From Eledone cirrhosa (lineage: Eukaryota): a DNA stretch of 64,000 bases. The position numbers and the translations under genes were made by a program. The notes under the pieces are model-generated. The model was not told where the DNA came from. It did no database searches and was given only the letters and a program-made list of their open reading frames with translations. Below, piece by piece: positions 52,588 through 64,000 of this stretch. Every line of letters begins with the position of its first letter. Position 1 is the first letter of the stretch. Where the stretch lies: positions 248,001-312,000 of the forward strand of contig CAXHJY010001472.1 of the NCBI GenBank assembly GCA_964016885.1. Reading direction: 5' to 3'.

Positions 52588-55064
52588 GTATACATCTGAA
52601 AATGTATATATGTATGCAAAGATATAAGTAAACATACATGTATACATATAGATGGACAGTTGTGCATATACAATAACTTATTTCTATACATACATATACC
52701 ACAAGTAAGGCATGGTGCTGCCAACTAACCAGACCTCCCTCATTATGGACCAGCTAGATCCCAAAATACAGGCCTGCTTGCCAACACACAGTCCCAATAA
52801 GTGTAAGTTACAGCGCAGCTATCTGGACAGACTTGTCTTAAGACTACACACTATCCCACTACATCTTTTGTATACTATATATATACTGTTTATATATATA
52901 TATACTATATATATATATACTGTTTATATATATATATACTATATATATATATACTGTTTATATATATATACACACATATAATTGTGTATTCACACATTAT
53001 CTTAGTAATGAAATAATTAATAATTTTAGTAAATTGTTCAAAATTCTTCATTAACCCTTTTGGTAGAAACCCAGCCAAAATTAGTTCTCGTACTATGGAA
53101 ATGGTTCCTATCTAAATTAAAGTCTTCCAACAAAATTCTATATTAACAACCATATGGTAAGTTACTATGTTAGTAATTAACTAACAATTGTGATAAATAG
53201 CTCAAAATTATTCATAATTAATTGAATTATAAGGTTCATAATTATAATAAAATCTTCAAATAGGCTACGAAACCGGTAAACCTGAAAGGTACACAACACA
53301 CACACATTGCTATAGCGTTTCACCAGCCCCTTCCTTCCTGAATTATTACAGAGATGTGTGTGTATGTAATAATTATTTGTATAATGTGTGTCTATTTATG
53401 AATATGTATGAGTAGATGTGTGTGTGTGTATCACAGTAGATGTGTATGTAACACAGTAGATGTGTATATGTAACAGAGTAGATGTGTGTTTGCATGTAAC
53501 TCAGTATATGTGTATGTAACTCAGTAGATGTGTGTGTGTAACACGGTAGATGTGTGTGTGTAACATGGTAGATGTGTGTGTGTAACACGGTAGATGTGTG
53601 TATGTAACAGTAGATGTGTATGTATGTAACACAGTAGATGTGTATGTATGTAACACAGTAGATGTGTGTATGTAACACAGTACATGTGTGTGTATGTAAC
53701 TCAGTAGATGTGTGTGTATGTAACTCAGTAGATTGTGTGTATGTAACACAGTAGATTGTGTGTATGTAACATAGAAGATGTGTGTAACACAGTAGATGTG
53801 TGTGTATGTAACACAGTAGATCTGTGTGTATGTAACTCAGTAGATGTGTGTGTATGTAACACAGGTGTGTGTATGTAACACAGTAGATGTGTGTATGTAA
53901 CATAGTAGATGTGTGTATGTAACACAGAAGATGTGTGTGTATGTAACACAGTAGATGTGTGTGTATGTAACTCAGTAGATGTGTGTGTATGTAACACAGT
54001 AGATGTGTGTGTAACACAGTAGATGTGTATGTAACGCAGTAGATGTGTGTGTATGTAACCCAGTTGATGTGTGTGTATGTAACACAGTAGATGTGTGTAT
54101 GTAACATAGTATATGTGTATGTAACTAAAGTGTAACGTACGTTACAAATGGACGACAAAATGATTTTAACTTGTTTTTTAACAATTGATGGTGGAAAAGA
54201 TTTTAAATTGTCTTAACTCAGACCATAAAGGGCCGCAACACATGGAGTCTGACACTCTTACCGGCTACATAGCCTGGGCGTCTATTTTACCGCGACCGGC
54301 TACATAGCATCTTCCTAAAATCTTCCAACATAATTTTATACAAGAACCACATGTTAAGTTACTAATAAAATAATTAATAAATAAAAACATTAGTAAGTCC
54401 TTCAAATGATATCTCAGTAATGAAATAATTAATAATTGTTATAAATACCTCAAAATTCCTCATTAATTAAACCTCATTAATTAATTAAGCCGCTGAAAAG
54501 TGCAACAGATGCCCTCTTCTTAGTGAGACAACTACAAAAGAGGTTCTTAGAGAAAAATAAGCCACTATACTTAGCTTTGGACATAGAGAAGGCTTTTGAT
54601 AGAGAACTCTTATAAATGACAACATATATATATGTGTGTGTATACATATGTTTTTTTAAAAACTATATATTTATTACTCCCTTAAGCAGAAGAAATATAT
54701 TCCCAGATATCGAAGATTACCACAATAACTAGGGAGCGGAAATCAATAGATGCTGGACATTGCTGCTGAGGGTAGGATGACCTGATGAGCTGGCTCCTGT
54801 GGTGGATACCTAAACATAGTAAGACCCTAGTGGGATGACTGAGGTTCACCTACATACATCAGATGTCTCTGGATCTCCAGCTGGAGATTAATGATCTCAG
54901 GAATGCCATGAAAAATCGTGACATCTAAAAAAGAAGAGTAGAATTGTTCTGGCCAATCCACCTGACCTAATAAACAATAATAATATTAATATATATTGAT
55001 GAAAATTAATTATGGTGAAATATCTTAGAAATCATTCTCAGAGGTTTTGTATTGTAATCCACAC

Positions 55065-57061
55065 TTGCTCCTTGTGGCTTCTGATGCAGACATCATGTCC
55101 GCCATCAGGTCCTTCCCAGCTAGCAGCTGCGGAGATGTTGATGGTCTCTGACCAGGCCTCCTCAAGGAGTTGATATCTCCCCTCTCCGCTGAGGCCGGGC
55201 GCCGCCTTCTGAGTGCAATTGTGGCGCTCACCAATAGGCTCATCCATGGCGCCCTGGACTCTTATGCTCGAGGCCTCTTTTTTTCGGCCAGCCTCACCGC
55301 TCGCAGGAAGAAAGAGGATGGCATACGCCCCATTGCTGTGGGCAATGTCTTCCGGAGGCTGGCTGCCAAGGTAATCTGCAAGTCCGTAACACTCGGAACC
55401 GGCATCCAGGGCCTCCAGCCACCTCATTGTCAAGTTTGACATGAGGAATGCCTTCAACTCTTTACGCTGGGATCATCTGCTCGAGGCCTGCCTCAGCCGA
55501 GCCCCCTCTGCCTACCTGTCATATGGAGCCCCAAGCATGCGCCATGCTGCTGATACGGTCATACCCTTGGCTACTGGGATCCAACAGGGCAACCCTTTGG
55601 GACCCCTCCTGTTCACCCTTGGTATTGACCACATCGCCTGGAGTATAACAGCCCCTCTCAACGTTTGGTATCTGGATGATGCTACTTTGGGTGGGCCCGT
55701 ACAGGCGGTCTGCCATGACCTTCAATCGGTGGTTCCTGCCCTGGCGGGAATCGACCTCCAGGTCAACTCAGCCAAGTCGGAGGTGGTGAATGTCAGCCTC
55801 GATGCTGCAAGCTTTGCAGTCTCCGTCTTGGACGTGCGGTCCATTCTCCGCCAGGTTCAGGTGACCCCCAAAGAGGATGCCCTCACCGATCCACCCGCCG
55901 GCCATCCGCTCCTCCATCAAGTCCAGACTCTCACGAGCCGACTGGGCTTGATTGATGGCCACCCAGTTCTCTTTCTGCTGAGGAACTGCTACGCCATGCC
56001 GAAGCTCCTCTATACACTCTGTGCTACACCTAAACTTGTATCCGAGCAGCAGCCGATGAGATATGCAACTTTACCTGTCAGGTATGGCGGCCTTCGCCTC
56101 CAGTCCCCGATCCCACTAGCTTTGCCGGCATATCTTTCGTCGGTAACCTCGTACCACGTCCTCCTCAGCAGGGTTCTTCAAAACACAACAGAACCCTCTG
56201 TGTTCAGAGAACGCGTGGCCGCCTGTGAGACGTGGGACCGGCTGGGACTTAGCCCAGTAGACGTTCCTCCTCCTTCTCCCCCTGTTGACGTCAAGTCCCC
56301 CCCAACACACTTGGGATGCCATCCAGTGCAGCCTGGCCTCAGACAGGCTCACGCGCCAGCTCGACCAGCACCGCCTTGTTTGTTTTCGTGCAGCCTCCAA
56401 ACCCCACAGTGGGGCCTGGCTCCATGCCCTGCCCTCCTTCTCCACTCGCACGCAGCTAGACAACAATAGCTTGCGCATCGGCGTTTCCCTGAGGCTCGGC
56501 CTCACACCAATGTCGCTGCCGTTCCACCATGGACTCTTTCGGCCTCCACCCGCTTTCCTGTCGCCACAGTGCCAGCCGCAATCCACGCCATGCTGCCCTC
56601 AACGAAGTCATTAAGCATGGCTTGGACGCTGCAGGCTTCCCTTCCCAGCTCGAGGGGACGGCAAAAGGCTAGATGGCATGACCATCTTCCCGTTCCGCGG
56701 TGGCAAACCCCTCGTCTGGGATGCCACTTGCACCGACACTTTCTGCAGCCGCAACCTGGTGCAGTCTGCGACTGGCCCAGGTTCTGCTGCACGTCAGGCT
56801 GAGGGGGCCAAACTCCTCACATATCGTTCACTCTCCGACAGGTTTGCGGTCGTACCCCTGGAAGTGGAGACTTCTGGTGTCCTCGGCCCCAGGGCTACCT
56901 CCTTACTCACCACCATAGGCGCTGAGCTGGCCAGCCGCAGGTGTGAGCCCCGCGAGTTGGAGTGGCTTTTCCAGCGCGTCTCCCTTGCCATGCTCCGGGG
57001 AAACGCCTTCTCCATTCTGTCCGCCGGGGCTGTGGGTGGGTCCCATCGCGTACCGTTATGA
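55065..57061 (+). mobile_element. Degenerate CRE-clade retrotransposon, type B, unit 7
   Basis: Same motifs; B-type residues. Confidence 0.88.
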
Positions 57062-58902
57062 ATGTATACAAAACAACTAAATCTCTTAAATAACTTCACT
57101 TATATCCAAAACATGATTTGTATATACATCAACAGTGACTCATTATTATACGCCAGTCACGACCCCACTGCAAAAACGATATCTATATAACAACCCCACC
57201 GTAAAACTACTCTTCCCCACTTTACAAACACTTTATATTATTTGTCATTAAGGTTTCTTAAAATAAATATATATACGTATGTGTAGTAATTAGTACGGAG
57301 ACTGAGAGAGAAGGGGCGAGTGTGTCTTCATGGAGGGCACATGGGACCAGCAAAGCCCTAAAAGTAGAGACCAGTAAATGAGATAAGGTCCTAGCTATGT
57401 TAAGAATATAAATAAGAAACATGTTCTATACATTTAAGAAGACAAGAGAAACATGTTCTAAACATTTAAGAAATAATTATTTACCTCTTTCATGTCGGTA
57501 ATATAGCGGTGTTATAAAACTAATTATAACGACCGGTGTTAAAATAGAGAGAGATAGACAGATAAATGTGTGTCACACTCTCTTTAAATCTTTTACACTA
57601 TCTAACTCGTACTTCTCACACTCTCTTTAAATCTTTTACTCTATCTACCTCTCATTTCTATCTGTGTATGTATGTATGTATCTGTCTATGTGTAACTCGG
57701 TGTACTGGAGCAATATGAAGTGAAGTGTCTTGCTGAAGAAGACATTTTGTGGAGTTATATCATCGTTTCTTGTTATAAAGCTACTTATACTACCGGCGTA
57801 ACAGTGGCTATAGGTGATAGATGTAGAAATAAAAGGCTGTAACAGCGATATAAATATAGATGAAATAGTTTACCACGAGACTAAGAATGAATGTTTAATG
57901 GAATTAAGTGTAATCTAATAGGAAATAAGAGGCTAGAGCAGCGAAATGTTTACGTAAAATAAAAGAACAACAAACAAGAGTGCAACATTGAAATTTTTTT
58001 TTTTTTTTTGTCGATATAAGCGTTATTTTATGCGCGATTTGCCTTGCTGCCGGCGCTGCTCAGTCAGTAGCAGCCCCGCTTACGAAGTTCAGGAGCCAAC
58101 GACTTTACATGGTTCGAATCTCACCCTCTCCGCTCTTGTCGAGTTATCTCCTACTCTTTTTACTTAGTTCCAGGTCATTAAAATAGAGCAAAGAGGGCGC
58201 GGCGATCGGCATATGCACTGGCTACAATGTTGAACTTTGGTACTGACTGCGTAGTTGAACGTTCCACATACCAACCGCCCAACTGGCCAGTCAACCGCAT
58301 ATGCGGCTGGCTGGCCGGTTGGGTAGTTGGCATATGTACTGGCTACCATGCTGAACATTGTACTGACTGTCAAGTTGAACGTTCTAACCCTCTCTTTACA
58401 TCTATTACTCTATCTACCGCTTATTTCTCCCCCTCTCTTTACTTCTATAACTCTATCTCCCACTCTCTTTACATCTATTACAGTGTCTCCCTGTATATAT
58501 ACACGTATATATGCACTAGATTTTATAAGAAATCTACGTAATAATATAATTAACAATAGTTGATGAATTAGACCAGAGTTAATTAAACAATAAATATGAA
58601 TGAAATAGCAGTAGATGGCGAAACTTGAGTGTTGTGTGTGCATACATATATATGAGGTAAACTGGTTCAAATACTGTCAGGATTATATTGGATCAAAGAC
58701 TGTATTAAATAGAAAGTAAAAAATGAAGTGAAAATATAAAAACAAACTGAAAATTTCCCCATCCCTAAAAAAATACATATCTTGTTATATATAGATAATT
58801 GGCGCTTTAAATTGAATAAATATTCATTTATATATATATATATATGTATATATATATGTACACTGATATATATGTGTGTATATATATATGTGTATATATA
58901 TA

Positions 58903-58945
<43 letters not shown>

Positions 58946-59995
58946 ACTTCATCATACGTCCGCTTTTCCATGCTTGCAAGGGTGGGGTGGGAGCTGATTC
59001 TGGATTGGTTTCTACAGCTGGGTGCCCTTCCTGACGCCAACCCCGTTTGCAGTGAGTGCTGGGTGCTTTTTTTTTTCCGTGGCACCTCCACGTCAGCTTT
59101 ACAGTATGGGCTGGGTGCTTTTTTGCCGCGGCGCCTCCACGACCACTTTGCGGTGGGGTGGTGGGGTGGTATGTGTATACCCAGCCCATTGTCATTTGCC
59201 ACACAGAAAAGCTTATAGCATCGTTCTTTACCCACGATGAATCTAGCAGACCCACCCCTCCACCTGGTCTCTTGAATACAACAAACATCGACCTCCTTAC
59301 GTTCAAGTATTTCTACAACCTCGTTAGAGCCACCCTATAAGGTGCCTACATTAATGGTACCAACTCTGAAGTTTTGGATTGCGTTTGGAGGTTGGGAGCG
59401 GTGGGGAGCGGGGATGGGGTTAGGGTTAGCCATCCGCGGCCGAAACAAAGAGGAGGAGCCCTTGCATTCTCGTCCATGAGGTGGATTTGTCTTTATGTAT
59501 GTATATGTATATATGTATGTATGTGTGTGTATGTATGTATATGTATATATGAGTGTATATGTGTATATGTATGTATATGTATGTGTATGTATGTGTATAT
59601 ATGTGTATATGTATGTGTTTGTATATATGTGTGTGTATGTATATATGTGTGTGTACGTATATATATATATGAATGTATGTGTATATGTATGTATATGTAT
59701 GTATGTGTATGTATATGTGTGTATGTATGTATATATGTATGTATGTGTATATATGTATGTATGTATATGTATATATACGTGTGTATATGTATATATACTT
59801 ATGTGTATATGCTTATGTATGTGTATGTATGTATATTTATATTATGTATATATATATATCTATGTATGTGTATGTATGTATATATATGTATGTATATGTG
59901 TATGTATGTGTATGTATGTATGTATGTGTATATATGTATGTATATATATATGTATGTATATGTATATGTATGTGTATGTATATGTATATGTATAT

Positions 59996-60352
59996 GGAGG
60001 CACATGGCTTAGTGGTTCGAGCATTGGCCTGGCAATCGAAAGGTTGTGAGTTCAATTCTCAGACCGGGTGATGTGTTGTTTCCTTGAGCAAGACACTTTA
60101 TTTCACATTGTTCCAGTTTACTCAGCTGTAGAAATGAGATGATAGGGACTGGGGTCCATATCATTCCACTGCAAAGTGGTCGTGGAGGTGCCACGGCAAA
60201 AAAGCACTCAGCACTCACTGTAAATGAGGTTGGTGTTAGGAAGGGCATCCAGCTGTAGAAATCAAGCCAGAATCAGTTCCCGTCCCACCCTTGCAAGCAG
60301 GGAAAAAGCGGACTTAAAACGAAATGATGATGATGATGATGATGATGATGAT
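59996..60352 (+). mobile_element. tRNA-derived CORE-like SINE, unit 7
   Basis: Copy of 16098-16451. Confidence 0.85.
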
Positions 60353-61008
60353 GTATGTATGTATGTGTATATGTATGTATGTATGTATGTATGTATATGT
60401 ATGTATGTGTATGAGATGCAGTTTGGTTTTGTGCCGCTGAAAAGTGCAACAGATGCCCTCTTCTTAGTGAGACAACTACAAAAGAGGTTCTTAGAGAAAA
60501 ATAAGCCACTATACTTAGCTTTGGACATAGAGAAGGCTTTTGATAGAGAACTCTTATAAATGACAACATATATATATGTGTGTGTATATATATGTTTTTT
60601 TTAAAACTATATATTTATTACTCCCTTAAGCAGAAGAAATATATTCCCAGATATCGAAGATTACCACAATAACTAGGGAGCGGAAATCAATAGATGCTGG
60701 ACATTGCTGCTGAGGGTAGGATGACCTGATGAGCTGGCTCCTGTGGTGGATACCTAAACATAGTAAGAGCCAAGTGGGATGACTGAGGTTCACCTACATA
60801 CATCAGATGTCTCTGGATCTCCAGCTGGAGATTAATGATCTCAGGAATGCCATGAAAAATCGTGACATCTAAAAAAGAAGAGTAGAATTGTTCTGGCCAA
60901 TCCACCTGACCTAATAAACAATAATAATATTAATATATATTGATGAAAATTAATTATGGTGAAATATCTTAGAAATCATTCTCAGAGGTTTTGTATTGTA
61001 ATCCACAC

Positions 61009-62980
61009 TTGCTCCTTGTGGCTTCTGATGCAGACATCATGTCCGCCATCAGGTCCTTCCCAGCTAGCAGCTGCGGAGATGTTGATGGTCTCTGACCAGG
61101 CCTCCTCAAGGAGTTGATATCTCCCCTCTCCGCTGAGGCCGGGCGCCGCCTTCTGAGTGCAATTGTGGCGCTCACCAATAGGCTCATCCATGGCGCCCTG
61201 GACTCTTATGCTCGAGGCCTCTTTTTTTCGGCCAGCCTCACCGCTCTCAGGAAGAAAGAGGATGGCATACGCCCCATTGCTGTGGGCAATGTCTTCCGGA
61301 GGCTGGCTGCCAAGGTAATCTGCAAGTCCGTAACACTCGGAACCGGCATCCAGGGCCTCCAGCCACCTCATTGTCAAGTTTGACATGAGGAATGCCTTCA
61401 ACTCTTTACGCTGGGATCATCTGCTCGAGGCCTGCCTCAGCCGAGCCCCCTCTGCCTACCTGTCATATGGAGCCCCAAGCATGCGCCATGCTGCTGATAC
61501 GGTCATACCCTTGGCTACTGGGATCCAACAGGGCAACCCTTTGGGACCCCTCCTGTTCACCCTTGGTATTGACCACATCGCCTGGAGTATAACGGCCCCT
61601 CTCAACGTTTGGTATCTGGATGATGCTACTTTGGGTGGGCCCGTACAGGCGGTCTGCCATGACCTTCAATCGGTGGTTCCTGCCCTGGCGGGAATCGACC
61701 TCCAGGTCAACTCAGCCAAGTCGGAGGTGGTGAATGTCAGCCTCGATGCTGCAAGCTTTGCAGTCTCCGTCTTGGACGTGCGGTCCATTCTCCGCCAGGT
61801 TCAGGTGACCCCCCAAAGAGGATGCCCTCACCGATCCACCCGCCGGCCATCCGCTCCTCCATCAAGTCCAGACTCTCACGAGCCGACTGGGCTTGATTGA
61901 TGGCCACCCAGTTCTCTTTCTGCTGAGGAACTGCTACGCCATGCCGAAGCTCCTCTATACACTCTGTGCTACACCTAAACTTGTATCCGAGCAGCAGCCG
62001 ATGAGATATGCAACTTTACCTGTCAGGTATGGCGGCCTTCGCCTCCAGTCCCCGATCTCACTAGCTTTGCCGGCATATCTTTCGTCGGTAACCTCGTACC
62101 ACATCCTCTTCAGCAGGGTTCTTCAAAACACAACAGAACCCTCTGTGTTCAGAGAACGCGTGGCCGCCTGTGAGACGTGGGACCGGCTGGGACTTAGCCC
62201 AGTAGACGTTCCTCCTCCTTCTCCCCCTGTTGACGTCAAGTCCCCCCCAACACACTTGGGATGCCATCCAGTGCAGCCTGGCCTCAGACAGGCTCACGTG
62301 CCAGCTCGACCAGCACCGCCTTGTTTGTTTTCGTGCAGCCTCCAAACCCCACAGTGGGGCCTGGCTCCATGCCCTGCCCTCCTTCTCCACTCGCACGCAG
62401 CTAGACAACAATAGCTTGCGCATCGGCGTTTCCCTGAGGCTCGGCCTCACACCAATGTCGCTGCCGTTCCACCATGGACTCTTTCGGCCTCCACCCGCAA
62501 TCCACGCCATGCTGCCCTCAACGAAGTCATTAAGCATGGCTTGGACGCTGCAGGCTTCCCTTCCCAGCTCGAGGGGACGGCAAAAGGCTAGATGGCATGA
62601 CCATCTTCCCGTTCCGCGGTGGCAAACCCCTCGTCTGGGATGCCACTTGCACCGACACTTTCTGCAGCCGCAACCTGGTGCAGTCTGCGACTGGCCCAGG
62701 TTCTGCTGCACGTCAGGCTGAGGGGGCCAAACTCCTCACATATCGTTCACTCTCCGACAGGTTTGCGGTCGTACCCCTGGAAGTGGAGACTTCTGGTGTC
62801 CTCGGCCCCAGGGCTACCTCCTTACTCACCACCATAGGCGCTGAGCTGGCCAGCCGCAGGTGTGAGCCCCGCGAGTTGGAGTGGCTTTTCCAGCGCGTCT
62901 CCCTTGCCGTGCTCCGGGGAAACGCCTTCTCCATTCTGTCCGCCGGGGCTGTGGGTGGGTCCCATCGCGTACCGTTATGA
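61009..62980 (+). mobile_element. Degenerate CRE-clade retrotransposon, type B, unit 8 (shares the unit-2 26-bp deletion)
   Basis: ccacccgc|aatcc deletion at about 62498 and the gacccccca frameshift, both as in unit 2. Confidence 0.88.
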
Positions 62981-64000
62981 ATGTATACAAAACAACTAAA
63001 TCTCTTAAATAACTTCACTTATATCCAAAACATGATTTGTATATACATCAACAGTGACTCATTATTATACGCCAGTCACGACCCCACTGCAAAAACGATA
63101 TCTATATAACAACCCCACCGTAAAACTACTCTTCCCCACTTTACAAACACTTTATATTATTTGTCATTAAGGTTTCTTAAAATAAATATATATACGTATG
63201 TGTAGTAATTAGTACGGAGACTGAGAGAGAAGGGGCGAGTGTGTCTTCATGGAGGGCACATGGGACCAGCAAAGCCCTAAAAGTAGAGACCAGTAAATGA
63301 GATAAGGTCCTAGCTATGTTAAGAATATAAATAAGAAACATGTTCTATACATTTAAGAAGACAAGAGAAACATGTTCTAAACATTTAAGAAATAATTATT
63401 TACCTCTTTCATGTCGGTAATATAGCGGTGTTATAAAACTAATTATAACGACCGGTGTTAAAATAGAGAGAGATAGACAGATAAATGTGTGTCACACTCT
63501 CACCCTCTCTTTAAATCTTTTACTCTATCTACCTCTCATTTCTATCTGTGTATGTATGTATGTATCTGTCTATGTGTAACTCGGTGTACTGGAGCAATAT
63601 GAAGTGAAGTGTCTTGCTCAAGAAGACATTTTGTGGAGTTATATCATCGTTTCTTGTTATAAAGCTACTTATACTACCGGCGTAACAGTGGCTATAGGTG
63701 ATAGATGTAGAAATAAAAGGCTGTAACAGCGATATAAATATAGATGAAATAGTTTACCACGAGACTAAGAATGAATGTTTAATGGAATTAAGTGTAATCT
63801 AATAGGAAATAAGAGGCTAGAGCAGCGAAATGTTTACGTAAAATAAAAGAACAACAAACAAGAGTGCAACATTGAAATTTTTTTTTTTTTTTTTGTCGAT
63901 ATAAGCGTTATTTTATGCGCGATTTGCCTTGCTGCCGGCGCTGCTCAGTCAGTAGCAGCCCCGCTTACGAACTTCAGGAGCCAACGACTTTACATGGTTC

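Larger units (their letters stand above)
161..64000. repeat. Tandem macro-repeat / segmental-duplication array of 8 units (10439, 5914, 11111, 9806, 5958, 11100, 5944, >3568 bp)
   Basis: The anchor gccgctgaaaagtgcaacag recurs at 161, 10600, 16514, 27625, 37431, 43389, 54489 and 60433. Near-identical ORF sets recur with the same offsets. Confidence 0.97.

Overview
Eukaryotic, AT- and microsatellite-rich DNA. The retroelement style (RTE 3' ends with (GAT)n tails, a CORE-like SINE) suggests an octopod cephalopod, but that is inference only. No intact host protein gene is recognisable. The whole window is a tandem array of 8 units (the last one partial) starting at 161, 10600, 16514, 27625, 37431, 43389, 54489 and 60433. 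Each unit has a shared core of about 4.8 kb in two sequence types (A and B), followed by either a long tail (L, about 5 kb) or a short tail (S, about 1.15 kb). The order is A-L, B-S, A-L*, B/A-L, B-S, A-L*, B-S, B-(partial), where * marks an extra young RTE insertion. The core holds a dead CRE-clade (RT plus restriction-like endonuclease) retrotransposon fragment, a possible minus-strand terminal exon, a Pol III-like (TATA, A box, B box, T5) cassette of about 113 nt, and a pre-miRNA-sized hairpin between direct repeats. L tails hold a three-copy alternating inverted tRNA-derived foldback, an antisense RTE LINE and a minisatellite. S tails hold an internally deleted RTE, a microsatellite and a SINE. 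Polymorphic insertions and diagnostic SNPs allow crossovers and conversion events to be mapped. The best candidate for something functional is the amplified Pol III-like cassette plus hairpin, which is unverified.
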